Below, one piece after another: positions 1 through 20,365 of a stretch of DNA of 64,000 bases. Source of the stretch: Blasia pusilla. Lineage: Eukaryota. Every line of letters starts with the position of its first letter. Position 1 is the first letter of the stretch. The notes beneath the pieces are model-generated. The model made no database searches and was not told the DNA's origin. It worked only from the letters and a program-made list of their open reading frames with translations. Both the position numbers and the translations under genes were made by a program. The stretch is taken from contig CM114271.1 in NCBI GenBank assembly GCA_050084515.1, positions 39,432,001 through 39,496,000 of the forward strand, written 5' to 3'.

Positions 1-1000
1 CTTATTATTTTTGGAGAGTGCCTTAGATTTTGCAAAATTGTTCTCACCACACTCATAATTTCAGGCAATAGGATCACTTGTCTTCTAAGCCATACGATTG
101 TTTGAAATTGAATTTAAATGGTACTTGAAAATTAATTACGAGAGGTAACTCAAAATCATGCATTCTATGATTTTCCATTAGCATCATATATTATTGGGGA
201 TTTATGGAACGATGTTCATCTTTTTTCCCGGGAGGGTAGTAAACAACACCTATTTCCAGATAGCTCTTTATTAACTTATATCTCGCCACATCTATGTTGT
301 TATTGCAAAATGCATCTTTGATTTTCAACCCTTTTCAAAATCATTTGGCATTTTTAGCTAAATGGGTCTTGGCGTGTGTACATAGATAATTCAAAGTCAC
401 TTTTAGGGTGAAGCAAGTTCAGGGTTGATTAGGAGCAGTGGAGATTGATTTGGTTGCCGTTGCGACCCATTTGGGGTTTGTTAGGAGGTCAATTAAAATA
501 ATGGTGTGTAACTAAAATAACTCATCATTAGTCCTCTTGCACGGGTACTTACTGATCCTTGTTGAATAATTCAAGTTTCAACATGGCTGGCATCCTCTTC
601 AGTTATTCAGGTTTCAATGTCACTCTCCTTACCCATCCCTCTATATGAACCCACTTAACCTGACTAGAAGTAATTTTTGAGGAAGTAGTGCCAGGGCAGC
701 TAAAAATCTGCATCCTCCAATTAATATATAGATAAGCGCTTTTGAACAGAACTTTATTTCTCATTTAAACATACCAAAATGAGGGATTTGGTACAAAGTG
801 TGCTTAAAGCGCACGTCCACCATAAAACTCTTTTCTTGAATTCTAAGGTGTAATTCAGTCATTAAGTTTAATAGAAGTTGCGCTACTCCAATCCTACCTT
901 TCATACCTACTCAAAAGCTTTGACTTTCATATTGACCTCACAGCATGAGAAATAATTCAAGAGAAGTCTTGGCCAGATGCTACTGGATCAGATCAATCTT

Positions 1001-4000
1001 TTAGTCCCCAGCTTTGGAAGGGTGTGGAACTGAGAGCAATTGATAAGGTAAGACATTGTCAAGAGTGACAGAGGAACCATCTGGCCAGGTGACCTCCACT
1101 TCCAACTCCTGTTTCATTTGACCTAACCCAAAGTGTGCAACAGGCTGACATACAATACCAGATTTACAAGTCAGTAACCATTCTTGTCTGCATTTCTTCC
1201 AGAACTCTAGGTAGGACCTATAATACCACTTGAGCTAGTCAGCAAATTAAACGACACTTTTCTTCAACATCCTATAACTCCTGCAGCTCAATCACCTGAG
1301 GTTGATTGAGTTGCATCCAACTTCTACTTAGATCTTTGAGATGGACAACCATGAGTCATCAGAAAAGACATGAGTCACTGACCTCCATTTGGCACAAGTA
1401 GCCACTGCGACCAAAACAACGTCCCCACAGGCAGAGCCACAGAGAGACACAACTTAGTATTTGTACTGCATCCAGAAGACCAATTATGATAGACTTTGAC
1501 ATTCTCCGTCTTTAAAGTAATCTTCCAAAGTGCCAACCCCAGATGGTTGTAGACTACCACAGTACTCTTGCATACAGTAGTTAGCTTTATAATTACTACT
1601 AGTCATAATGGCCCGATTAAACATTCCAGCTCGCTCAGTTCCAATATAGCCTTTCCAATCCAATGCACAATCTTACTATCAAGTTCACAGGCAAGCATTT
1701 CAAGAATGCTAAACTGACTTCATATACTCACCTCCCAGCATCAATAGCACGCTTTTGTGTTCGGCCTGCAGCATCCAGGATCTTCACAACCGCTCCTCTT
1801 GCTGGTGCACCCTGATTTACCGGTTTGAAGCTAGTGAGGAAGAATGCAAAAAAAACAAAACTTCACCTGATGCTAAAAAACGTGCAGAATATGGGAATCA
1901 GACCTGCTTTGTCAAGGGCTTCACACGCAGCCACGCATTGTCGTTCTTGGGAGATGTGAACAGAGAGAGGGGCTGAGGCCTTAGTTCTCCGTGAGCACTG
2001 CAGTCCATTGATAATTTCCCGTCACAAAAAGAAAAACATTAGTGACATTAAAATCAAAGGAGGACTGTCTTTTATCTGGCCACACCAATCTCACGTCATG
2101 CCTATTTCTTATTGGGGGCAACTGAGGAGATACTTTCCTTTGTTGCAGCCGACCGTCAAATGCAAATAAGGCAACCATTTCAAAGCAGGAAAGAACCTAC
2201 ATAATGAGTTCCAGGCGACCATCCCCATCAATATCAACCACAGCTGCACCGGTTCCAAGCCCTTGTGGTTCTTTGGCATCTCCAATATCTATTTCCACCC
2301 ACTTGCCTGCACTTTCCTGTCAGGTATGAACAAACCAGTCGTTTAATGATTTCATGCTCCGAAGGAAAATCAGTTCACGTATTCATTTGATGACATGCAG
2401 AAAGCAGTTCACAATAGAGGGGATGCAGAATATAAAAAATCGTGCAGGTGGCTGAGCTGATTAGAGATTTACCATTACTGGTTAGAGAATTCATATTAAA
2501 CATTGTAGTGGTTGCTGACAGGGAAGACACATCCAGTAAATATGAAGTTATTATTAACAACACTAAGAAGACCTGCAGAACAACACTGAAAACACTCACT
2601 TGTCTGAATAACCTGTTGCTATCACCAATGTTATTGAAAAACAGTTCTTCAAACCCATCATTGTCAAAATCAGCTGCAATGACTGTTCTGATGCTGGATG
2701 GACGAGCCATTTCTTCTGGAGCTACGTCTTTGAAACCTCCAGCATCCCCAGGCACGTCAATGAAGCCAAGAGTTTTAGCTGCTCCCACGGGAATTGGTCC
2801 AGGTGCGAACAGCCTATGTGGTCCCTGCAATTAGGATAGTTAACGATGCTATGCATTAGTTAGATATGATACCAAGTATGCATGAAGTGTGTGAGGGGGG
2901 GCTGAAGCAAAGAAACCACCATCAAAAGACAAGACATGTTAGGGGGGAACAACACTGTCTTGGAGCCTGGTGATCATTGAAACCATCTAATTCTTACATT
3001 AACTCAGCTTCATTGTTCATCTTGGAAGACAAGTACTACGTATTGCGAAGCGATTAGCACAAATGATGTCATCCAGAAATCATTACACTTCAACAACTGA
3101 CCCAACTATTATAGATCCTGGAATCTAGTCTGAAGGTCATGTGCATAAGATGTATACCTGCCAATTGCCAGTTGCGATTCCCAACTCTCCTGTACCACTT
3201 GCATCAACTGCTGCAACTCCTCGGCAGTTTTGCATGGAATCCATCAACCTACAATAAAGAACAAAACAAGAGATTTAAAGGGCCATTACTTTACATGCAT
3301 CGCTCAAATTCCTTGAGTTCAAAGGTCAATCCAAAGATACATAAGGGCCCTTCGTAGGTGTATTAGACAAATCACACTAAAAGTACATCCAAGGAATGTC
3401 CAACACTTAACATAGATCAGACACCTCATACCCATACGCAGCTGCACATTCGACATACTGCCCGCTGCCATCACCCTTATGAAGGAAAAAGAAGTTAGGT
3501 CCACCCTGCAATTCATGACGGGAGCTTCAATTTATGCAGTGATGCTCAACTTCAACCTATGATCAACTTAATTTAAGAAGTGATGGCCACACCATGAGAG
3601 TAAATCCATTCTATTTTAATACCAACCTTACTTCTTCAGTGACTTGGCTTCTTACAAGCAACAGTCATTATGCCAGTTTTTCTAGCACTGCTAATACCCA
3701 TATTACGGCAGATTTGAAATGAAAACAATCCAAAACTTGTTTGTAACAATGAGCAACCTCATTTCCTGCAAAAATATCCATAGCTGAGCGGGACACCAGA
3801 GGAAGTGAAATAAGAGCCCGTCCACCAGTTGGATATGCGACTAAGCCAGCTTCTGGTGCAACATCTCCGATAAATCCTCCTTCCGTAAGCTCAAAAAGCT
3901 GTCCAAGGAGGGCATACATAATCACAGAAGGGAAAAATGAGATAATGGTCCCAATCCTACACAAGAATAATTATTGAAACTGCCAGTAGACAACAGACAG

Positions 4001-6030
4001 GCTCTGAAAGTGGCTTGGAAAGTTAAACTCTCTAAATGTGAGACTGCATGCTGCAGTGAAAAGTGTTGCAATCCTATAAGCGTTTCTGCCCAGCTGAATA
4101 ACTCAATCGGAAAGTCTACTTTCCCCAAAGGATGAACAAATGGTTGCGTGGAAATGCTTCTCTAGCTGGGAAAGACAAAAGTGAGACACACCAGAATGCG
4201 ATATGAGAGCTTCAAAATAGGATCAAGTATCCAAAAGATCGTTGACAAGATGTTTTGGGTACCTTCATCTTTATCAGAACACATGATCTTGGATTCTGCA
4301 GACTTGATGAAGGGTCAAGATTAAGTTACAAATTACATGTCTTACCTTCATAACTCCTCCATAGTTGGCCACAAAAAAACCGTATCTGCCACAAGTACAA
4401 TCAATCCAATGAAGACACAAATGAATCCCTTGTAAGATGGAATACACTAGAATAGAGCAAGTACAAACACTTAGCTGGACTTCTCCTACACAAAATTCTC
4501 ATGGTACTAACAGAAAAACCTTGAGCGAGAACTGCATACACACCTCAGTAGCTTCTACAGAGTACAAAGGGTACATGATTCTAGAAAGCACCATCCAGAG
4601 GAAACTAGAGATTCTCTGGAAAGACACAGAAAGTGGAATAAGCTGTGATACTTCAGCAAAAAGGCAACAAAAATTATGATGCCATGCAGCAGGAGGTCAC
4701 TGACCTGCCACTTCCGAACCGATCAACACAACACACAGAGCGCCCAGCACACATATTGGCATCATCCATATTCATTGGCAATGAGAAAAGATCTATCCAG
4801 CTGTCAGAACGCACACAGCACTTGATCAACACCACACAAAAGTGATGGATTTATGACTGGTAGAGAGAACCTATCACGGGTGCAACTAAAAAAGGAAGTG
4901 TAGTATATGTAAACAGACACTCTTATCTACTAGACACACTGCAAGACATCTTAAGACTGACGCCACACCTGCCTTTCTTTTTATCGAAAAGACGATCTGT
5001 AAACTGTTTCCGGCCCAGAAAAGTGTCTGTGTTCAATACATAGAGCTGTGGAACATTGCAGATCAAATATTAGCTGTCTCTTCTTCTTCCTACCTTCATG
5101 CAAGTCATATCATTCGCAACAATTGCAAGTATTGTGGATAAAACAAATCTGGACATCATCAAGTCAACAAATTGTCTTTTGAACCAAACTAACTTGAATT
5201 AATCGAGCTCAAAAAGAGTATTGATAACCGAACTTACTAAATCCAAGTCTGCCACACTCTAGGGTTAAGAGGTTTCATTCATATTGCACTGAAAATTCTC
5301 ACCAACAAAGACATACCTCTTCCACACCATCACCATCAAAGTCCCCTGCAGCAACTCCTATCGCCCTCCTATCCGCATCTTCTAAAGGAGTGTTCACAGC
5401 CACATCCACAAGTTCTGTTCCTGTCCACTGCGATACTTTGTAATTAACATAGACATGGGCTCATGTAGGTACCGCAAGTTTGGGAGTGAGATTGGGCAAA
5501 CATTTGAAGAGCAACTTTTATATTTAGGTCTCTCTTGCAACCAGGCAGTTTTGGGTTTATCAGCTTTATTCCAGGATGAAACACACAAGTGTGACACCGT
5601 TCAAACACAAAAAATAAGTGAACCAATGAGCCTCTTCACCTAGTAGGAAATCTTGGACATTTGGTCTACGTCCTACAGAAACAGAACTCTCAAAAAAACT
5701 AGAGGAATCATGAACTCACCTTCAACACCCGATTTTCTGTTCCAAATCCACACACAAAGATCTCTGATTCCCCATCTCCATCCAGATCCGACACACAGAC
5801 CCCATAATGCAACTGTTCAAAGACTCCAAACAAACAAGAACCATCATTTTGTTGGAACTCAGAACCTACTGCAAGTCGGATAACAAGGCCAAAGTCAGGA
5901 ATAAAGCTTCAACCCAGCTAAGAAGAGGACGAGAAGTTCTTCTCTAACAATCATAAGCATATGGAAACGAGCTTATCACCTTAGGAGGGTTACTTTTTAT
6001 TAGCTGAGAGGCATCGGTGAAGAAGTTCAT
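1001..6030 (-). CDS. CRTAC1: CRTAC1-like protein (FG-GAP/VCBS repeats + C-terminal ASPIC/UnbV domain), 15 exons, about 484 aa from the ATG at 6030
   Basis: Hand-spliced exons, all GT-AG and phase-consistent: 6030-5980, 5812-5720, 5427-5317, 5045-4969, 4800-4705, 4385-4346, 3898-3758, 3505-3432, 3248-3158, 2824-2600, 2316-2201, 1997-1904, 1811-1732, 1404-1383, 1144-1001 (TAA). Motifs: LHYGVCVSDLDGDGESE, AIGVAAGDFDGDGVEE, GNWQGPHRLF, RTVIAADFDNDGFEELFFNNI, GTGAAVVDIDGDGRLEL, IDAGSGYLCQMEPVAHFGLG, VTWPDG. The symbol is family-level, and the true start may lie upstream at 7308. Confidence 0.93.
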
Positions 6031-6068
6031 TTTCTCAACACACGCCAGAGGCTCCTTCGCAATGAGTT

Positions 6069-6663
6069 CTACTTTTGCGCCTCCCTCACTGCCCTTAAGG
6101 TTGCAAACAGTCCTAGCGCTCTTAAGACCTGAAATTGATAATCCACGTAATCCTGCGTGCAAGCGTTTTGCTAGGTGAGACAAGGCACCACCAGAGTTAA
6201 TTGAAAGAGAAAATTATGTGCTAGTCTACCCAGTTCAGTGATATTCTCCTCTCCTTAGGTGCCCATCTTTTCAGCAAGCTACGGTGCAACTTCACCTTAT
6301 TCCATAAAACACTTGTTTCAAGACTAGAATCCTTTGTTGAAAACCCAACCTACATATCCTTAACCGCGGAACTCATACTGGACAAGATGATTGGCGCAGT
6401 ACAAGTTTGAGAACTCCATCAGTTGCTTCTATCAAGTTCATATGCTGCAAGTTGTCGAGTTGGTATTGTTCTCCATCGAGAGAGCTCTTGGAAACTTCAA
6501 CCAGAGAGAGTTTACGTTGCCAGATGGTAACTACCACACCTTTCCAATCTCCATTTTAAAACAACGACAAACCAAAGGTGTCCGTCCAGTCAAGAATTGT
6601 TATCGGCTCTGGCCTGACGGGGAGATGCTTGACAAGGGTGATCGCGTTCGTTTCTGGATCCAT
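6069..6663 (-). CDS. Putative 118-aa spliced upstream ORF of unknown function, stop codon 38 nt before the CRTAC1-like ATG
   Basis: Exons 6663-6573, 6494-6379, 6295-6230 and 6152-6069, joined by three 77-83-nt GT-AG introns, give one open frame (MDPETNAITLVKHLPV...NWDYVDYQFQVLRALGLFATLRAVREAQK*). Two acceptors are weak (AAG) and I recognise no homolog. Confidence 0.3.
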
Positions 6664-7265
6664 GCAACTGCTCTAAGCCGCGCCAAACGCCTGCGCATAC
6701 AAATGTGGTTTGGTTCTGCCACCCCAGGGAACTCGAGTGTTCTCAATTCACTCAATTTCTTGAAAACCAAAAATCCTGAACCCAAAACCCTCCCCAACCC
6801 TTCACGTACACAACTTTCGCTCTTAGAATTCACGAGCTCAAGGAAACATAGCATCAATTTCGCCATCATCTATTATGGAAAGTATGGCCACCCAATGTTC
6901 ACAGCTAAACCCAACGTAAACGCCTTCCGCAGCCATCCTCGGCTTGGAAAACATCAAAGTAGAGGCCCGGACTCACTCACTGTAGCTGAAGCCAATTCAG
7001 CTGGAGATTCGGCCATAATCCGTCTCCTGCCTTTCTGAGAGCTACCAACTGCAATCAATGGCAGTCAGGGAGGCTCTCAGGTCTCCTTGAACGCATGGGA
7101 CATGGATGCCATAAGCGAAACAGTGTCGAGACAGGACAGCACACTTTGGTGAAACATGCGCAGCAGACCAAGAAATCGAAGCCATGGACAAGCCAGAGAA
7201 CGCTCTCACACAATATCTCCCACCACCCACAGGCTCAAGGCGGTGAAACCACAGCGGTACAGTAC

Positions 7266-7308
7266 CTATGGGCATTCGAGACAGCAGCTGGTTTGCGAGA
7301 ATCGCCAT
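7266..7308 (-). CDS. Possible first coding exon (MAILANQLLSRMPI) of the CRTAC1-like gene, transit-peptide-like
   Basis: ATG at 7308 and a phase-1 GT donor at 7265. Splicing to the CAG acceptor before 6152 gives MAILANQLLSRMPIGLRGLSISGLKSARTVCNLKGSEGG..., in frame with MNFFTD at 6030. Confidence 0.4.
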
Positions 7309-7749
7309 TTCCACCGAAGCTGCATCATCCGAAAGCAGCACCTTCACAGGTCAGCGCAGATAGTTAGTATCTTCGGAATTCGGAAAGTGCACGCCTCGAA
7401 CTGCTGTGGGGAGCTTTGGGGCCGCATAAGCTCACTCAACTCCATAACTTTCTTTGTAGTGCATTTGTGTAATCCATACATTAAAGAAAATGCCGTAGGT
7501 AAAATTTGTTCAGGCATTTCCTTCTAAAACTGAAGGAAAGTAGACAAAATCTCATCAAAATGACATCACTATATGCCAACACAACAGAAGTTTTGAATAG
7601 TTTCGAACAAATTCCACATGGACACTGAGTGGTACTTACATATGAACGTGCATGGAGATAAACGGTCACCAACCACTTCAGTTTTGCATATCGATGCCAC
7701 TGCTTGCACATAGATAGCATAAAAGTATTATTGATGACAAGGTAACAAG

Positions 7750-10150
7750 GGAAGTAGTAACAAGGGAAGGATCATAAGGAGTGAGTTGATGATTAAGGGG
7801 AGAATAGTGAGCATTTGTTTTAAGAAAACAGCAAAAGAAACATGTATCTATCCAAAAACCTCCACTCCAAAAGAGATATAGTAATTGGTCTCATGTCTAA
7901 CAGCATAATTCAACTCTTTGATTCTTGTTGTTATATTGATCTTGGAACTTTTAGTACAATCGCTCAACACATCAAGTTAGAATATCTTTGATCAACCATA
8001 TCATCCAATAGACAAAATTCACCTCAAGACATAACCAAGTCAACTCCTTGACAAGAAGTTGTTCTAGTAATACACTAGTGGGCAACTCGTGCCATGCGGG
8101 GGAGTGAAAGAGTTAATCATGTTGCACACAAACAAAAAATTTATTTCCGTAGAGGGGAAACATTTTCTTGTTGCCTGGTTGTCACATATCAAGGAAAAGA
8201 GGTATTTGCAAATCAAGAAGGCACATGTTGATTCTATTGCCTCTCCGACCATATTATTGGTTACTGTTTGCTCTTCACCAACTATACAAGAAAAAAATAT
8301 GGATATTCATTGCATAAATGTGTTACAATTGATAAACGATTAGGGACACCTAAAGGAGAAGAATGAGGAAGTCCAAGGCATAATAGAAGTGTTGCCGATA
8401 ATATAATTTTTGGAAGACGAATTGGAAGAATAAGAGAATTTGCAGTAAGCCAAGAATTCACTCATATCTCACAAATGAATGCACATGAGCTCAATGAATC
8501 TTAAAGATTGCCTCATAGAGAATGCTAAAAATTTTGATTTTGTCAAACTCTTAAAGTTAATCAACCCAAGAATTGCTTGTGTAGCAAATGGAACAAGAGA
8601 TCGGGTAGATCTCCATTATTTTAGGAATAATAGATCTCCCTCCTCGATATGGGTCACATGATCCATTAAGAAAGGTGTATCTCTTTCAAGAAACCTTGTA
8701 GTTCTAACAATGGCGACCAAAGCCCAACTCCCCAAATAAGTTGTTAATGTAATCACAAGTATGGATGACAGTCATATATATATAAGCCCAGTCATATCCA
8801 TATTTCAATTCAACCAACCTTACGTCTCTAGAGTCATGGTCTCATGTCAAGCTCAAATGTCCTAATGGATGTCAGATACCAACCAAATCTTTTACTTTCC
8901 AACATAGGCAAGCAATTCAAGACATGAGATTGACTTTCTTGATACTCTAGAGGCCTTAAACAACGCTAGCTTGCTTGGAATCTTTGCACGATAGATCTAG
9001 AATTAGTCTCTAACTTAGACTCAACATTTGTGCCCCAAGTTAAGGTCCAAGGTTTGGATCCAAAATTGGTCTAACCAAACTTGGCTTGGTGTCAAAACCC
9101 CAAATCCAACCTTTTAATTAATATTGTGTCCTTTATTCATCCCAAGGGATGTAGAAAGTGTGATGGATGTATGAGTATCATTAAGAAAATGACGAGATCT
9201 AAAAGAAGGAGGGCACCAAAGAAAGAGGTTAAGATTTAAGGAGGGCTATGTATTAAAGCTTAGAAATAAGGAGATGGATCACTAAACTTAATGAGAATAG
9301 AATCAAATATAGACATTTCATTCAAGACAACAAGGAATATCTTTAACCATAACAAAGTCCAAATGTAATAAGAAGATCCTTAATTAGAGGAGTGGAACCC
9401 ATCAAGAACACAATGAGATGGAGAGAATTACAATTAGAAAAAAGAAAATTTATGATTGAAAATCATATCTCCAAGGATAAGAGGTAATTGAAATCAAGAG
9501 CAAAAAGAAACTACATGTTATCAAAAGAAGTGGCTCTAAAATATGAATCTAGAAAGCACTTAAGAAGATAGTGTGTGTAAGCAAGAGCATAGTCGTGAGA
9601 TAACGTGTTGAAAAAGTAAGAAAAATGTGTGAGAGGAATGGAGATTAAAATTTTATTTTAAAAAATTGGCTCCAATATAAGGAAAAAAAAATTAATCCAC
9701 TTGGTATGATAAGCACCAGCTTGCCAAGATGATTGCAACAAGACTAAACACACATTTAAAAGATACTCGAAGAAAAAGCAACGAAAGAAATTCGTGACAT
9801 TAAAAAGGAGGAAGTGAGGAGAAAGTCAAAGTCATCCTACCACGATTGAGATGAAAGGGATGAGGACATAGTACGTGCTTAGCCTAGCATAGGAAAAAAT
9901 ATTGAGAAAAACAAGAGGAACTCTTTAATATGGTTGTAAACAATCATCACATCATTGAAAAAAATGCAATGTATCCAATTATTTGTAGGGATCAATGATC
10001 ATATTTACAAAAGAGGGATGTGTAAAACTACCAAGAACTTTAGAATCAAGGGAAGTGGAAAAAAAAATCTCCTCCCTCCCTTCTTATTCGAGAAAAAAAT
10101 CCTCCCATCCCTCCCATCTTTGTTGGAGAAAGCACAAGTGATTCCCCTCC
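7750..10150 (-). mobile_element. Old degraded CRE-type non-LTR retrotransposon copy
   Basis: Minus-strand translation at about 8635-8740 reads YLGSWALVAIVRTTRFLERDTPFLMDHVTHIEEG, matching FLGSWATVAPLLCSRFLVRDRPLLLHYISQVEDG of the element at 52-55 kb. LCLGLPH matches FRLGLPQ. Many stops and frameshifts; boundaries approximate. Confidence 0.7.
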
Positions 10151-11384
10151 TATTATGTTCAAGCTATTGAAGTCCCATTCTAGAGGATTGATTAAGAATT
10201 GCTATATCTTCATAATTACGGCCCTTATAAGTTCTCCCTATTTTTTTCCTCCACATCTAACCTAACCACGTGTCTTAAATACATGTTTGATAATTACTTT
10301 CTCCTCATCCCTCGCAAAAGAAATGAATTAGTTTTTCTTGATATTGATCCATAGCACTCATAATATATTTCTTAAAAATAGAAAACTTAAATGATTTTTA
10401 CTAATACTTAAGTAGGCCCTTTCCAAAATTTTAAAAACAAGTAATTTTCAACCATTCTGAATTATAAAAATCCCAAACATATATTCTTCATGCAATCTAC
10501 ATTCTTATAAATTTTCTTATGGATAAGTTGCATAAAGTTTTAGCATGGATGTATCATTTTATAATAAAGAAAGTGCATTTGGTTCATTATAAAATTACAA
10601 CCTCTACAAGTGGATTTGCTTTAATTTCTGGTTTCTCTCAAGTTCTTGCCTTCTCTCACGCCTATGCCTGAGAGAAGGCATCCTTATAATCAATGGAATT
10701 GAGGTGATATGGTGTGTCTCTCCTACTTATTTGACACTACAACATGTTATAAAAACCTTCATTAGGTTAGCTATGCCTTTGTTTTAGGGTGAGTGCATTT
10801 TTTCAAGGCGCCTCTCAATGTGCAATGAGGCAACCCTAGTTTCTATGTATGTACATCTAGATAAATTTTTTTCCAAGATACTTTGACTTGATTATTGATG
10901 TTACTAGTTTCCTGCCCTTGCACAAGTATTTTCAGGATCCATTCCTAACAATTATTCCCTTTGGGCAATGTTTAACAGAGAAGCTAGATTAACAGGCGTC
11001 TTACCACAGACCTTAACTCATGTCTTTTCTCATAATGATTTCCACTCACGCATACCAGGAACATCATGCTAGTAGTTGGCTGCAGCTTGTTCCCATCTTT
11101 AGCAAAATTCAACGTGACCTCTTTCTCTAGATCAAATTTTACAAGTCCATCATAGTACAGTACAACATAAAAAAATTGTCACTATTTCATCTTATTGTTC
11201 TTACATGTTGACAGTAAGTATCAGATTCATGTCACTTCCTAAAAAAAATCCAGCCCTTTATGGTGTTCTGCCATTACTTCAAGCCATCCCTCCCCATACA
11301 TCATTTGCACATGGGCCTCTCCCCACAAGGCGCCTGTCATGGTAGCATTTCCCACATATTATGTTGCACAGACCTTTGTGACCA

Positions 11385-11518
11385 ACAAAATGGACACCAA
11401 AGCCACACAATAGGTTGGTGACATGTTGGTATCCATGGATGGAAGTTGCCACAAAATGGACACCAAAGTCTGGCAACAGGTTAGTAAGATGTTCGCATTC
11501 ATGGATGGAAGTTGCCAC
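11385..11518. repeat. Two-copy 66-bp tandem duplication
   Basis: acaaaatggacaccaaag starts at 11385 and 11451, and catggatggaagttgcc closes both units. Confidence 0.85.
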
Positions 11519-11920
11519 GGACCTATGTGACCAAAACGTATCTGCACCAAGCGCCAACCCCACCCTCATGAAAATGTTGACCTTCCAGCAATATTTTTTG
11601 AATGTTAGGGCTTTTTCGTGAGTGTCCAAGGGAATGTTCAAAAATGGTGAAGAATGTTTAGCATATGAATCTAGGTTGAGATTCATCACGAGATAACACA
11701 AAGCTCAAATTAGACGGTGTCTAGAAGTTAAAAAGTACATGGTAAGTGAGATCGACAAGGATCATTGTTGAAGAGAGATGCCATTCCATTCTCGACCAAT
11801 CTCACCATTGGCAAAGCAGCAGTGAAAAACTGACAAGATAACTGTAGCTGAGAAAAATGATACGTTTCATAGACATGCTACCGTCATTCAACCGTCTCCT
11901 CTCCACTACGCTCACCAAAG

Positions 11921-11963
11921 GTTCCATGGGAGCTACTTTTATCTAGAGTAGCTCCTATGGAAC
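11921..11963. repeat. Inverted repeat, about 19-bp stem hairpin
   Basis: GTTCCATGGGAGCTACTTT...AGAGTAGCTCCTATGGAAC, with two G-T wobble positions. Confidence 0.8.
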
Positions 11964-12513
11964 AACTGCAGTTACAGGATCAGACAACCATCTCCCAAAA
12001 CTACTCAAGAATGACCCACAGGAGTAGGGCATTGTCCACTCAGTGCTGTGGTGAGGTTGAGGAGACAGGGATTCAAGATAACCGCTGCAGAAGTCAATGA
12101 GCTTATGCTTTTACGTTACACACCCCGTCAGGACCGTGGTGCCAAAATCCTGGTGAATATCCTGAGTCTTTTGGGGCTTTCTCAATATCACTTCTCTCCA
12201 TAAAACCAGCATAATCTTATCTTGGAATGCTGGTTTCTGTTCCAAATGACAAACATTTAAATTACTCATGCCCCAAGCAATCAAGTTAAGAAAGAAACTG
12301 GGCCGTAGTGCTGGAGGGAAGGCAACATTGTGAAGCAACAAGGTAAGATTGACATGACCCCTCATCTCCCTTAGTCCAACCATATGGCAAGTCATCTGGG
12401 ACAATGGAGATTTTAAACTCATCCACATATGTGCCTCATGAATTTTCTAAAAAGGTGACATTCTGTACATTTTGGACTCGTGGACTAGTTTAGCTCCTTG
12501 AAACGTTTCTGCA

Positions 12514-19932
<7,419 letters not shown>

Positions 19933-20356
19933 CTCGCCCCGATCTTGACGCCCACCAATTACTCACCACTTCCTCACATGTAGCTTCCGCTAGCGCACAC
20001 TAAAACTCCCGCAGTTCGCCAAGAAGCCGGCCTGCACGCAGCAGATTCATGCTGCTGCAGCTTCCACAAGGATCAGCCCCAAGGTCGATCGCAAGCGAAC
20101 CAGAAAGGCTCCAGAAAAATCATTCCTCTTCTCCCTACCGCAACTACAGACAATTTCTTCGTTATGTTAGCTGTCTCCGATCTGCGCTACGCCATCCGAA
20201 ATATGACAGCAACTGCCGAATCGCAGTCTAAGTCAGACGCTTGCCAAGACTTCCTTCAGAATTCCTCGGGATCGAACTCTGCGCCGAAGTTCGGCTTTGA
20301 ATTTGAACGAAGCAGTTTTGGCGTCAAAGCATCGTGCGCAGGAAAGTACAACCGGC

Positions 20357-20365
20357 AAACCCTAA
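20357..20365. promoter_or_regulatory. Telo-box (AAACCCTAA) in the GC-rich region upstream of the MYST gene
   Basis: Exact motif about 425 bp upstream of the ATG. It is short and could be a chance match. Confidence 0.3.

Noticed and set aside
6391-7038. 215-aa plus-strand ORF
   Set aside because: It has a TTG start, no recognisable motif, and lies antisense to the minus-strand transcription unit.
11279-11701. 140-aa minus-strand ORF with a 22-aa repeat
   Set aside because: The repeat is explained by the 66-bp duplication; there is no ATG start and no domain.
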